Positions 29,401 through 37,472 of a DNA stretch of 40,821 nt are shown here, one piece after another (the stretch's first letter is position 1; each line of letters begins with the position of its first letter). Both the position numbers and the translations under genes were made by a program. The notes under the pieces were generated by a model. It saw only the letters and a program-made list of their open reading frames with translations. It was not told where the DNA came from and did no database searches. The DNA lies in the IMG/VR virus record IMGVR_UViG_3300010234_000025, positions 1 to 40,821 of that record. One strand, 5' to 3'. The DNA is from a virus (lineage: Duplodnaviria > Caudoviricetes).

Positions 29401-32400
29401 TTGCACTGACTCCAGAAATGAGAGAGATATTTAATAGACTCTTAGCGACACAAGATGAGATAGAAGATCTAAATCAATCCCAGGGTTTTAGCGCGAATGA
29501 GCTTACAGAGTATCTAGCGGTATTAGGGATAGGAGAGTCAAAAGAAAAAGAGAAGATTATGGCAGCGCATCTAGAAGCTAAAGATGAAGCTGAATTAATT
29601 CTATATAAGAAGCATTTAAAGCAATTAAGAAAGAAGAAAACCAAAGCATATAAGGCACGCAAGAAAGTATTAACTCAGAAGTTCACAGAAGAAGCAGACA
29701 TTAACCCATTGTATATGGCCACTGACTCTATTGTGTCTGGAGAGATTGATGGTGAAGCTCCTGCAGGCTTTGAGAATTTAAAGTTTAACAAAGAGATGCT
29801 TAAAACCTTTCTAAGTCCAAATGACTTTAAGGCCTTTCCTAAAAATCTTTATAGTAATGATGGGGGATATCCTAATTTGGTATCAGATGTTTTAGGCTGG
29901 AATAGTGCAGATGACTTATTGAGTGCGATTCTAACTAATCCAAGTAAGAAGGACTTTATAAAGTTTTCAACACAAAAAGAATTATCAAAAGAATTTCCTG
30001 ATTATATGTCACCTACTCAAGAGAATCAGATGAAGGCAGATGCTATAAACGCAGTGGATAATGATAAAAGAGGTACTGCGCTGCGCCTAGAGTTTGATGT
30101 TATGGTTGACAAATTTCCAAGTGAAACTAAAAAACTTATCCAACAAACAGTTAAAAGACTTCCTAATACAAAAGAAGTTAAAGAGCTTGCAAGGGACAGA
30201 GTACTAGCTACACCATACCAGGACGCTAGACCTTCTAGATATCAACAGGTGGAGCAGAAGAATAGGCGAGAAGCAGGCGTGTTTATGACTAGAGGAGACT
30301 TTGATAAGGCCTCTAAAGCTAAGCTTAACGAGTTGGTTAACTTTCAGATGAGTAAGGAAAGTGCAGAGATTCGTGAGAAGATTGAAAAAGATATTAAGAA
30401 AAATAACGACAGATTAAGAAAGAGTGATAAGGATTTAAGCAAGTCATTTCAAATGGACATGATTAAATCTGCTCAAAGTATTCTAGCTAGATTCGGAATG
30501 ATTACAGAAGTAGAGACTAAAAAGCTTGAAGTCTATTTAGATCAATTGAAGCGATATGATCCTAAAGCTTATGCCAAAGTAGATGGCCTTACTTCTAGCC
30601 TAGTAGACTTTGAGGATAAACCATACAAGCAATTAAGAACTAGAGAAGTGCAAGAGATACTAGAGACTGTAGACGCTCTTTATAATTTAGCGCGTCAAGA
30701 GAAGCAGATTCTAGTTGATGGCAAGTTAATGGATAAAGAAGAAGCTCTAGATGAGATGATTGCTCAATTAGAGGAAATACCAAGGCAGGCCATCAAGAAA
30801 GAAAAAGATTTAGGAGGTAGAGCAAAAGGCTTTCTACTTAGCGCAAAAGCAAATATGACAAGAATGGAGCACTTGATAAGCTTCCTAGATAGAGGTAAAG
30901 CTACAGGTGCATTTAGATCATTTATTTTCAATAGGGCAAATGATGCCCAGACTGACTATACGCAAAAGATGGAGCAAAGGCTTTCACAGTTAAACGCTTT
31001 GATAGATAAACACTTTAGCGGCCTTCTTAGAGATTCAAGAGAAATATCTATCAATGAATACTTTAGGGATGTAGATCCACAATTAAGCTCTCTTACTAGA
31101 AGTGAGATTGTCATGGCCCTTATCCATAGTGGTAACGACTCGAATAAGAAGAAGTTATTACTTGGTAGAAATTGGGGTACAGAGACAGATTTCGGAATAT
31201 TAAACACCGCAGCTTATGATTCTTTTATCAAGGATATGATAGAGCAGGGTGTAATTACTAAAGACATGATGGATGGAGTACAAGCTGTTTGGGATCTATT
31301 TGAAGATATCAAGCCAGAGATTCAAAAGACTCACAAGGAAGTTTACGGCTACTTCTTTGAAGAGATAGAAGCAAATGAAATAGATACCCCATGGGGAACT
31401 TATAGAGGTGGTTACGCTCCAGCAGTTACAGATCCACTACTAGTATCAGCAGAAGCAGCTAGACAAAATGAGGCCAGTACGGAGCAGGATGTTAACAGGT
31501 TTACATTTGCTACAACACCTAAAGGCTTTAGAGAAAAACGTATTGAGAATTACAATAGGGCATTATCTCTAGATTTCAGGTTGATTAAATCACACGTAGA
31601 GAAAACAGTCAGATTCACTACATTAGAATCAGCAGTACAGGATTTAAACAAAATCATTAACGATAGAGAATTTATAGACTCTATGCATGATGTAAATAAC
31701 ACATGGATAAACGAAGTCTTTACCCCATGGCTTGCTAGGTTTGCATCTCAACAGACTACAAAACCAGCAGACTCTAGAGCAGGTAGAGCAGCAGCTAATG
31801 TATTTAACTTTTTAAGGTCTAATGCCAATATGCAATTAATGTTTATGAATGTGGTAAACACTGCAGAAAACATCTCGGATATTATTCCGGCCATGGTAGA
31901 GGTTAACCCTAAAAGACTTATGCAGGGTATCAATGCCTACATGTTTAACAATAAAGAAGTAATGGAGACTATCAATAGATTATCCCCTGAAATGAAAATA
32001 AGGTTGGAGAGTCAGATATTTGAGATTAACGACCAATACAAAGAAATGACCATTGCTAAAAACAAGGGTCAAGAGCTACTACAAAAGACTCAGGACTTGT
32101 CACGTAAACATACTTACATACTCCAGAAGGCAGTACAGAACGTAGTAGAGATATCTAGCTGGCACGCAGCATTTAATCAAGAATTAGAACGCAATGGGAA
32201 TAATGAAAAGGCAGCAGCTAAATATGCAGACTCTCTTACTAGAAGAGTTATGGGATCTAACAGACCAATAGATGTGGCCAACATAGAAGCAGGTAACTTC
32301 TATGAAAAGATTGTTTTAACTTTCTATGGCTATTTCCTAAACAAAGCTAACCTGATAGCATTTGCACCAGAGAATAAGAAATTAAAAGCAGTAGCATTAG

Positions 32401-32852
32401 GTGCAGTAGCTCCAGCAATTGTAGGTGCCTTACTTAGAAAAGCAGTTAAGGGTAGCGATCCAGAAAAAGAGTTACCAGAAGAAGCTTTAGAAGTATTAGT
32501 AATGGAGCCAATTAGATTCGGAGCAGCAATGATACCTGGAGGCGGTACAGCTTTTAGGTTTATTCAAGGTAAATTTAACGATAAAATATATGATGACAGG
32601 CTATCAATTTCTCCACTCCAAGGAATGTTTGAAGCTTCACAAGGAATAGTAAATATTTTTTCAAAAGATGAAATAAGAGGTAGAGACATGAGAGACTCAC
32701 TTAACTTTTTTGGTACAGTTTCAGGGCTGCCACTAGGTACAGCAGGTAAACCAGTAGGCTTTATGATAGACTTAGAGCAAGGAAAGCAAAGGGCAGAAAA
32801 CCCAGTAGATGTGACTAGAGGCATCGTAACTGGAAGATCGGGGAAAAGATAA
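23427..32852 (+). CDS. Giant internal virion / large polyvalent protein, 3141 aa
   Basis: Gly/Ala hydrophobic segments; EEMQSDWHQQG/PDAPF module; STILHEMGH...HEEWAR..EAYL.EGKAP motif; synteny as the third ejection gene. Confidence 0.88.
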   Translation: MTNPFTEFIGEEEETKPNPKSLKENPFTDVVKEGEEFETVQYNGSITKSLENTPDRQMEINKLSEDMKLPSTFVDRNLDHLKANKKKEELRQIQITNPMLAEVIAKPEKMALAQDDIDNLKKTELIAGRFKFKPKQESLLDSIGRGFEINTSNLEKSYYVGQASQGMGDDTVYQNIVDIENRVRKLHDSRPGYAKEFDKKFGKEALELDKAYSDLVTSFEQSSNADLLQRLSLYGTESVRTAGELMDLIGVIASNPKGLVETSSMSLANSFAPLAASLLGAKAGAVAGAPLGPVGATGGAIAGATIAGVTTGTILEYAAEIEGDLKERGINFADPEALKKAFNDKEFVTIAKDKAFRKAITTASVETMFNIIGGALIGKAVKGGTTAAKVGAVAKGQALDVVGEGLGEFAGQAAKEKDVKKASPGEAVLEAASALVTAGGMSTFGYAFATTRQKAQVVKQAYDKAQDARAFHQGLDDVTEIIQESKAFERDPEIIKDILNNGSDNQDVYFQADEFEDHWNALGENPKEKADELLPNGRQDLEQAKQEGNALRVSLGDYVTKFGNEESFTELSKLARRDIDSFSLKETETVTANIDSLLKELSKTAKADQQKARIEIDARKAVQNDIEGQLSAVGQKAKDAKYAGILWASNTNALGTIIGEDAIDFHRRRSLEIVSPEESVEKKNVLEQRTKRGFTVKKGEKLKAQLPERVSLPRLTPFKSPENFVETPAKLKTGLSKVLAETSQVNEQSGKQLKLSQSSLNFLVDKIHDKLISTSNRKKKRKSQILFNESLTALKNLPTLMKTAVPTFDTEDGNEVYYAFGNGELNTVGVKFEVDTDGNIQDIEVAVNRQVAPIGQADINLIQSRSLPDNISLAEFQQYVNAGRNINMLFQDDVKAINKINQDVMGFYSKIENEVQKMDFKSMPAKDLKNRINKIEGLKKEEIEWTGLFDWLEGIESKVSKEQVTQFLQQNGVKVTQTVLSPDYAGPATGGIQSVETDWQEPENVAYNDYDPHGDYIVEIDEEIRSRLEDDYYIEIRIPEIEKEIREEDPELTDEEVKKETMERAEKEAEESAIEYAEEEANNPDSDYAATKIVDDVNDIEIWNIGYDGDWRYGDAYGESLGTSSEEEAKIRAIKHAVEQGDIDFEGLPNLLFTRDDVTFPEPKIEYDNDLIEKETAKFIKENKKELETEVKEVVHPQFYKDTDLKGEELAEELAGDVESLAEDKIREDYKNGEFGPVKKELVIKEPFNGRITGNDEDGYIVSLHKLTVGDFKGTLDDAKNKLLEMAEEEKIISRREEDKPELTQEQLKKELIEPKGKTNWEEYTVEGGDNYREVLLNLPDIEGKFTEDAHFDGHKNFIAHLRLKDRVTEDGQKILYIEEMQSDWHQQGRREGYKRDLTPEEKKQSDALEKQIDAKQKEYDQKEKEIKEKASKDHSEEFTKLEKEADEKVSKIQKKIDELDQQVEQIRDDRQEIQKKIDKSNSNFEDELSEGTLTKEREDFYNKEMEGLRDERSKNSEILSAKKLESRKLDDEIDDLEEPFKSFIQWAINTGRMDIAPLNQIKVDIDALASEKAELLKPTKSDIPDAPFKQTEAWSMLAFKRALRMAVEQGYDSIGWTPGHIHSNRWTRGNFSQRVDFERIEGTDDYNLAIHPTDGRDPITTKRHKGQLAELLGESAYNAIIESDGKGTVTDELNVKDVGLEVHYDKVLPNAIKKYLKKIDKKAKVGTAKVTTGTIEGFTKETMDQLKSISLKRIEDAIKKADKDDASVGVIRTLEEFKEFYLTELEFPGLAKDEKQNKIEEYSINLNIASLEYLDIKNIKQGKIGVSSLESWNLPITDKMIESISNGQPLFQRDSDGPKGYLDLSDPQKFVIGLMKNANKSTILHEMGHAFLENMKIVSEHLDTLNPDDYTEAQKQFRADQQSVLEHFGLDNIYQVSNEQHEEWARLTEAYLMEGKAPSKKLRKAFNTFKTWLINIYRNLSGVEKAAGQKLALTPEMREIFNRLLATQDEIEDLNQSQGFSANELTEYLAVLGIGESKEKEKIMAAHLEAKDEAELILYKKHLKQLRKKKTKAYKARKKVLTQKFTEEADINPLYMATDSIVSGEIDGEAPAGFENLKFNKEMLKTFLSPNDFKAFPKNLYSNDGGYPNLVSDVLGWNSADDLLSAILTNPSKKDFIKFSTQKELSKEFPDYMSPTQENQMKADAINAVDNDKRGTALRLEFDVMVDKFPSETKKLIQQTVKRLPNTKEVKELARDRVLATPYQDARPSRYQQVEQKNRREAGVFMTRGDFDKASKAKLNELVNFQMSKESAEIREKIEKDIKKNNDRLRKSDKDLSKSFQMDMIKSAQSILARFGMITEVETKKLEVYLDQLKRYDPKAYAKVDGLTSSLVDFEDKPYKQLRTREVQEILETVDALYNLARQEKQILVDGKLMDKEEALDEMIAQLEEIPRQAIKKEKDLGGRAKGFLLSAKANMTRMEHLISFLDRGKATGAFRSFIFNRANDAQTDYTQKMEQRLSQLNALIDKHFSGLLRDSREISINEYFRDVDPQLSSLTRSEIVMALIHSGNDSNKKKLLLGRNWGTETDFGILNTAAYDSFIKDMIEQGVITKDMMDGVQAVWDLFEDIKPEIQKTHKEVYGYFFEEIEANEIDTPWGTYRGGYAPAVTDPLLVSAEAARQNEASTEQDVNRFTFATTPKGFREKRIENYNRALSLDFRLIKSHVEKTVRFTTLESAVQDLNKIINDREFIDSMHDVNNTWINEVFTPWLARFASQQTTKPADSRAGRAAANVFNFLRSNANMQLMFMNVVNTAENISDIIPAMVEVNPKRLMQGINAYMFNNKEVMETINRLSPEMKIRLESQIFEINDQYKEMTIAKNKGQELLQKTQDLSRKHTYILQKAVQNVVEISSWHAAFNQELERNGNNEKAAAKYADSLTRRVMGSNRPIDVANIEAGNFYEKIVLTFYGYFLNKANLIAFAPENKKLKAVALGAVAPAIVGALLRKAVKGSDPEKELPEEALEVLVMEPIRFGAAMIPGGGTAFRFIQGKFNDKIYDDRLSISPLQGMFEASQGIVNIFSKDEIRGRDMRDSLNFFGTVSGLPLGTAGKPVGFMIDLEQGKQRAENPVDVTRGIVTGRSGKR
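25972..26033 (-). ncRNA. Candidate antisense structured small RNA
   Basis: Nested stems GUCGGG/CCUGGC, CCUCGAUUGG/CCGAUCGGGG and CAGAU/AUCUG starting at the predicted +1; locally GC-rich. Confidence 0.6.
26040..26068 (-). promoter_or_regulatory. Antisense sigma70 promoter inside the giant gene
   Basis: TTGACG(26068-26063)-N17-TAGACT(26045-26040), with an extended -10 TG. Confidence 0.7.
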
Positions 32853-35093
32853 ATGACATTAGCAAGTACAGCAAATAGAAACGATTATACAGGTAACGAC
32901 ACCACTGCAACATATAACTACTCATTTCGGATATTCCTTGAAGGCGATCTGCTTGCCACTGTTAGGAATACCACTACAGATGTAGAGACTACATTAGCCC
33001 TCACTACTGATTACACTGTTACAGGTGTTACAGATGATGGTGGAGGTACGATAGTACTACAAGGTACTGGTAAAGATTGGCAGGGTACTGGATCTAACCT
33101 AAATACAGGCTACTCTCTTACAGTTAGGAGAGTCGCACAATTAACTCAGAATACAGATATAAGAAACCAAGGTGACTTCTTTCCAGAGGCCCATGAGAAT
33201 CAATTTGATAAGTTAACAATGATTGACCAACAGCAGCAGGAGGGTATTGATAAATCATTAAAGCTCTCTGAAACAGTGGCATCTAGTGACTTTGATCCGA
33301 CTATACCAGCTTCAATAGTGGGTGTAGACGGTATTTCAATTATAACTAATCCTGCAGGTGATGGGCTTATAGCTGGACCTACAGCAGATGAAATAAGCTC
33401 AGCATCAGGCTCAGCTACAGCAGCAGCGGCCAGTGCAGCAGCAGCAGCGACAAGCGAAGATAATGCAGAAGATTGGGCCACTAAAGTTGATGGCATAGTA
33501 GAAGCAACAGATTATTCATCTAAGGCATACGCAGTAGGTGGTACTGGTGTAACTGATACTGCAACAAGAGGAGCAGCTAAAGAGTGGGCCAATAAGACAT
33601 CTTCAACAGTAGACACATCAGAGTTTTCAGCTAAAGAATATGCTCAAGGTACTCAGTCAGGTACAGGCGGCTCAGCTAAAGATTGGGCCAGTGAAACGGC
33701 TACAGATGTAGATAGTGGTGGAGAGTATTCTGCTAAAGAGCACGCACAAGGGACTCAAACAAGAGGCGCATCTGGTGGAGGATCTTCTAAAGATTGGGCC
33801 AATTATACTGGCTCTACAGTAGATGATACTGAATACTCTGCTAAGCATTATTCAAACCTAGCAGCGACAAGCGCATCAGATGCAGCGACAAGTGCAGCAT
33901 CGAGTCAATGGAATGATGTACAATTTATAACTAATGCGGATTCTCCTGTTACGGTGGCCGATGCTGATACAGGTACCCTTTACAGCGTAGACACATCAGC
34001 AGGTGCAGTAGTTTTTAACCTAGATCAAATATCAACACTTACATTAACTAGTGCATGGTCAATAGGTATCAAGAAAACCGACTCATCTGCTAACACAATT
34101 ACAGTTAACAGAAGTGGCACAGATACTATAGACGGTGGAACCTCTAAGACAATTGATAGACAATTTGAAGGTGCTACATTTATACCGGATATTGATCCAT
34201 CCCCTGATGCCTGGACTACATTAACTTATGGTGAAGTAACTGTTACAGGAGACATTGTAGGGACTACCGATACTCAGGACTTGAGTAATAAGAACTACAT
34301 TATTAATAACGCAAGTAAGACTACTACCTATACGGCCACGGTAAATGATGAGGTATTACTATGTGATACAAGTGGAGGGGCCTTTACAGTTACTCTTTAT
34401 GCTGCAACAGGTAATGCAGGCAGGACTTTGATAATTAAAAAGACTACAAGTGATTTCAATTTACTCACGGTGGATGGTAACGCATCTGAAACAATTAACG
34501 GAAACACAACAACAACTCTTATAACTCAATATGAGTCAGTGAGGTTATTTTGTGATGGTAGTAATTGGTTTATCCTTTCAAGAGAAGGCACTCATACGCT
34601 ACCACAGTCTTTTACATCTGATATAGATGGAGTCACAACAGATCCAACTAAAGGTACGGTTGTTCAAGATGTTGCTTATTGGTGGAGAGAAGGCAAGTTT
34701 ATGCTTTTTAATTGGACTTATAGACAATCAGCAGGTGGTACCAATGGCTCAGGTATTTACAAGTTTAAAATCCCAAATAGCGCAAGCCTAACAATAGATT
34801 CAAATTACGTTACAATAAGTACTGCGCCTAATACGATGACAGTAGGAAGGGGTGTACTGCAAGATGGTGGCGGCTCAGATGGACTTACCGCAACACTGTA
34901 CCCTGCACAAGCATACGCTTATGACTCAACCAGTCTTACTGTTGCTTATTGGACTCAATCAGCAGGTAACTTAATCACTCAGAGAATACAATGGGATTCT
35001 GCAAACGGTGGTAATCTTGGCTCAACAACTACGTTTTATATATCTTTTGAAGCCAAGATACCTATAACAGAGTTTAAAGCAGAAAACGAATAA
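32853..35093 (+). CDS. Tail fibre / receptor-binding protein
   Basis: Podovirus fibre N-terminal anchor (YTGND..YNYSFRIF...FFPEAHENQFDKLTM), Ala-rich coil, repeats and a C-terminal beta domain. Confidence 0.9.
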   Translation: MTLASTANRNDYTGNDTTATYNYSFRIFLEGDLLATVRNTTTDVETTLALTTDYTVTGVTDDGGGTIVLQGTGKDWQGTGSNLNTGYSLTVRRVAQLTQNTDIRNQGDFFPEAHENQFDKLTMIDQQQQEGIDKSLKLSETVASSDFDPTIPASIVGVDGISIITNPAGDGLIAGPTADEISSASGSATAAAASAAAAATSEDNAEDWATKVDGIVEATDYSSKAYAVGGTGVTDTATRGAAKEWANKTSSTVDTSEFSAKEYAQGTQSGTGGSAKDWASETATDVDSGGEYSAKEHAQGTQTRGASGGGSSKDWANYTGSTVDDTEYSAKHYSNLAATSASDAATSAASSQWNDVQFITNADSPVTVADADTGTLYSVDTSAGAVVFNLDQISTLTLTSAWSIGIKKTDSSANTITVNRSGTDTIDGGTSKTIDRQFEGATFIPDIDPSPDAWTTLTYGEVTVTGDIVGTTDTQDLSNKNYIINNASKTTTYTATVNDEVLLCDTSGGAFTVTLYAATGNAGRTLIIKKTTSDFNLLTVDGNASETINGNTTTTLITQYESVRLFCDGSNWFILSREGTHTLPQSFTSDIDGVTTDPTKGTVVQDVAYWWREGKFMLFNWTYRQSAGGTNGSGIYKFKIPNSASLTIDSNYVTISTAPNTMTVGRGVLQDGGGSDGLTATLYPAQAYAYDSTSLTVAYWTQSAGNLITQRIQWDSANGGNLGSTTTFYISFEAKIPITEFKAENE

Positions 35094-35105
35094 TAGGAGA
35101 GTATC

Positions 35106-35273
35106 ATGGATGATATATCTAAAATGCTAGTTGAGGAAATCAGACTATTAAGAAACGATATATCAGTACTACACAAAAGACTTTCCAAGTTAGAGACAAA
35201 AGTAATATCATTGGGTGCGGTAGCTGGTGCTTTAGCTAGTTACTTAAAATCTAAATTTTTCCCTGGAGGGTAA
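35106..35273 (+). CDS. Holin-like / coiled-coil plus transmembrane protein, 55 aa (not in track)
   Basis: AGGAG RBS; coiled coil followed by VISLGAVAGALASYL. Confidence 0.6.
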   Translation: MDDISKMLVEEIRLLRNDISVLHKRLSKLETKVISLGAVAGALASYLKSKFFPGG

Positions 35274-35274
35274 C

Positions 35275-35481
35275 ATGCCATTATCAGAAAACACAAAAAC
35301 AGCTTTACTAGAAGCTGGTGAAGAAATCACAAAAGTATCACTATCACAATCTGTATTAGTTGCAAAAGCATTTGCTGCTGATTCTGAAAGTGTAGTAGAT
35401 GACCAAGTAGTAGCAGGTGTAGAGATGCTACAAAAAGCTTTCCTAGATCAACTAGTAGACAAAATTAATCCTAACGATTAA
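35275..35481 (+). CDS. Hypothetical protein in the lysis region
   Basis: GGAGG RBS. Confidence 0.75.
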   Translation: MPLSENTKTALLEAGEEITKVSLSQSVLVAKAFAADSESVVDDQVVAGVEMLQKAFLDQLVDKINPND

Positions 35482-35660
35482 TGCTCCAATACATACTAGG
35501 TATATTGGTAAAAGAATTAGTCCAAGCTCTGTTTAAGGCAGGGCAGGACTACGCTAAACTACGTACCAAAAAGAAAGAAGATAAGGAAAGCGTAAATGCA
35601 GCACTTAAGGAAAAAGATCCAAAAGCTAGGGCCGCTCGCATTGGCGATCTGCTTCGTTAG
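35481..35660 (+). CDS. Putative inner-membrane spanin (Rz-like), 59 aa (not in track)
   Basis: TAATG coupling; hydrophobic N-terminus plus helical tail; overlaps the lipoprotein gene. Confidence 0.55.
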   Translation: MLQYILGILVKELVQALFKAGQDYAKLRTKKKEDKESVNAALKEKDPKARAARIGDLLR

Positions 35661-35898
35661 TTGTGCATCTTGTAAAAAGTTTGATTGGGAACCTAGACCA
35701 TATATAGGCGATTCAGTAAATCAAGAGTTAATTAACGCTGCAGGAGAGTCGATTAAATGTGACCAAACTACCTTTGATACTATGACCTGCTTTGATCCCC
35801 TTAATATAGCAGAGCTTAAAACTGCTATAGATTCAGTTAGGAATAAGAAAGCAAGAGAAAAGCTCCAGAAGGCCTATAATAAGGCACGTAAAAAATAA
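35596..35898 (+). CDS. Lipoprotein, putative outer-membrane spanin (Rz1-like)
   Basis: Basic N-terminus, hydrophobic stretch, lipobox-like FVSC/CASC; overlaps the previous gene. Confidence 0.6.
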   Translation: MQHLRKKIQKLGPLALAICFVSCASCKKFDWEPRPYIGDSVNQELINAAGESIKCDQTTFDTMTCFDPLNIAELKTAIDSVRNKKAREKLQKAYNKARKK

Positions 35899-35964
35899 CC
35901 TCTTTTCACACTATGTTTACATTACTGATTTTTGCATGTAAACACAAGTGACTCAGGAGGTTAT

Positions 35965-36294
35965 ATGTCAATAAATACAGATGTTAATAAAGTTATACTA
36001 ATGGGCCATGTAGGTGCTGATTGTGAGTTAAAGTACACTCCTTCTCAAGTAGCTGTAGCATCATTCTCTTTAGCTACCAATGAGAGATGGACTAAAAATA
36101 ACAAAGTAAAAGAAAATGTCCACTGGCATAAAGTGATAGCATGGGGAGAGTTAGCTAAGCATTGTAATAGCTACATCAAAAAAGGTAAGAAAGTTTATAT
36201 AGAGGGCAGGATAAGCTACAGGACTTATCAGGCCAGTAATGAAACTAAATACATTACAGAGATATTAGCCACTAGCGTTAACGTAATACCTTAA
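35965..36294 (+). CDS. ssb: Single-stranded DNA-binding protein (start revised; no acidic tail)
   Basis: VNKVILMGHVGAD.ELKYTP...WHKVIAWG.LA...KGKKVYIEGRI; AGGAGG RBS before ATG 35965. Confidence 0.95.
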   Translation: MSINTDVNKVILMGHVGADCELKYTPSQVAVASFSLATNERWTKNNKVKENVHWHKVIAWGELAKHCNSYIKKGKKVYIEGRISYRTYQASNETKYITEILATSVNVIP

Positions 36295-36545
36295 GGCTTA
36301 TCGGTAAGAAACTTATCTAGGTAGTGGCCCCTTTCCTCAACTGTCTCAAAGAGCCATTGGGTTATGACATTACCATCTACACCAATGAAGGCTAGTGCAA
36401 TAGCCTTCTCAGTTTCTCCAGCATGTTGTGGTAACTCTTCAAGGTATTCTGCAAAGGTCACTACGTTAGAGTTATTAACTGGCATATTGTTAAAGTGATG
36501 AAACTTTTCATTAATAACTTTTTTATAAGGTGGATTAATAAACAT
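36291..36545 (-). CDS. Hypothetical protein
   Basis: AGGAG RBS. Confidence 0.75.
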   Translation of the reverse strand: MFINPPYKKVINEKFHHFNNMPVNNSNVVTFAEYLEELPQHAGETEKAIALAFIGVDGNVITQWLFETVEERGHYLDKFLTDKP

Positions 36546-36554
36546 TATGTACTC

Positions 36555-36755
36555 CTAATTAAATAATTTATCCCAATTGGAAAATAATACTAGCGGACCT
36601 ACAAAGAGAAATAGATCCGACATCTCTAGACTGAATCTTTTATTGCTTACCTTAACATACCATAAGGCGTATAAGTTTCTTAGAAGGGCATAACCCCAAA
36701 GCGTTAATACCATTAAAAGTGCTATTATCTGTATTGTGGTGAACTTATCCATCAA
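36555..36755 (-). CDS. Small membrane protein
   Basis: GAGGA RBS; hydrophobic helices. Confidence 0.7.
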   Translation of the reverse strand: MMDKFTTIQIIALLMVLTLWGYALLRNLYALWYVKVSNKRFSLEMSDLFLFVGPLVLFSNWDKLFN

Positions 36756-36946
36756 TAATCCTCATGTCCTGTAAAGTGGCAAGTTAGTTGTGCTCTATTT
36801 AATTTACCTTGATAACTATAAACCACTGATATTTTTTTATAATTATCGTCAACAGGTTTAAATGCGCCCATTATAATGCTGCCTTTAGGTAAATGAGACT
36901 GTAGCTTTTTAATTTTCCTTTCAGATAGTTTCAAGCTGTTAATCAT
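36752..36946 (-). CDS. Hypothetical protein
   Basis: AGGAG RBS. Confidence 0.7.
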   Translation of the reverse strand: MINSLKLSERKIKKLQSHLPKGSIIMGAFKPVDDNYKKISVVYSYQGKLNRAQLTCHFTGHEDY

Positions 36947-36954
36947 GATAACTC

Positions 36955-37206
36955 CTAATGTAATAAGGGGTTACTTAATTGTGCATAGTTTCTTAATATC
37001 TTCTTATCGTTTTGGCTTAACCTACTACCAGATCTTTTTACATCTACACTAGAAGGTGCTTTAATTCTTAGATATATTCTACTTGCATCAGCTCCACCTT
37101 TATGCCTAGTGATTTCTATATTGTCTCCAATATGCAAAACCTCATCTCTGTGCAGGCCTAATACTAGATGGCCGTGCTCTTTCTTTTCTTTCTTTGGTAT
37201 TAACAT
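36955..37206 (-). CDS. csrA: Carbon storage regulator CsrA/RsmA homologue
   Basis: HLVLGLHRDEVLHIGDNIEI...RIYLRIKAPSSVDVKR aligns with MLILTRxxGExLxIGDxVxV...VRIGxxAPxxVxVHR. Confidence 0.8.
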   Translation of the reverse strand: MLIPKKEKKEHGHLVLGLHRDEVLHIGDNIEITRHKGGADASRIYLRIKAPSSVDVKRSGSRLSQNDKKILRNYAQLSNPLLH

Positions 37207-37472
37207 AACTTACCTTCACCTATAAAAAGTTTTAAAAATTTAACCTTATGCCACTTGCAACACTCGCAAGGGTACTTGTAACAGAGTAAACCTCTACAAT
37301 CTTCGCTTGACTCCTTCTCAGATTCCTTAGATTTAAACTCTTCTCTGTTCAAATTATTACCTTCTCTGTATTCTTTATCTTGAGTGTCCGCACTCATAAC
37401 ACCTCCAGTGTTCCAATAGGGCCTTGCTTTATGGATGAAGTAAGGCCCTTCTATATTAAACATTCGGCCCAA
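37200..37472 (-). CDS. Hypothetical protein, Cys-rich C-terminus
   Basis: Overlaps neighbouring genes; start may be MSADT after GGAGG. Confidence 0.55.
   Translation of the reverse strand: MGRMFNIEGPYFIHKARPYWNTGGVMSADTQDKEYREGNNLNREEFKSKESEKESSEDCRGLLCYKYPCECCKWHKVKFLKLFIGEGKLC

Noticed and set aside
3411-33496. Many antisense and alternative-frame ORFs in the track (e.g. 3411..3869, 17739..18113, 21447..21776, 24059..24583, 26515..26706, 33200..33496)
   Set aside because: Shadows of well-supported plus-strand genes, with no RBS or recognisable motifs
32853-35093. Diversity-generating retroelement as in BPP-1
   Set aside because: No reverse transcriptase, and I saw no second copy (template repeat) of the fibre 3' end
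35965-37206. Host assignment to Bdellovibrionota or Deltaproteobacteria from the SSB, CsrA and fibre sequence style
   Set aside because: An impression only; it needs phylogeny or CRISPR spacer matches
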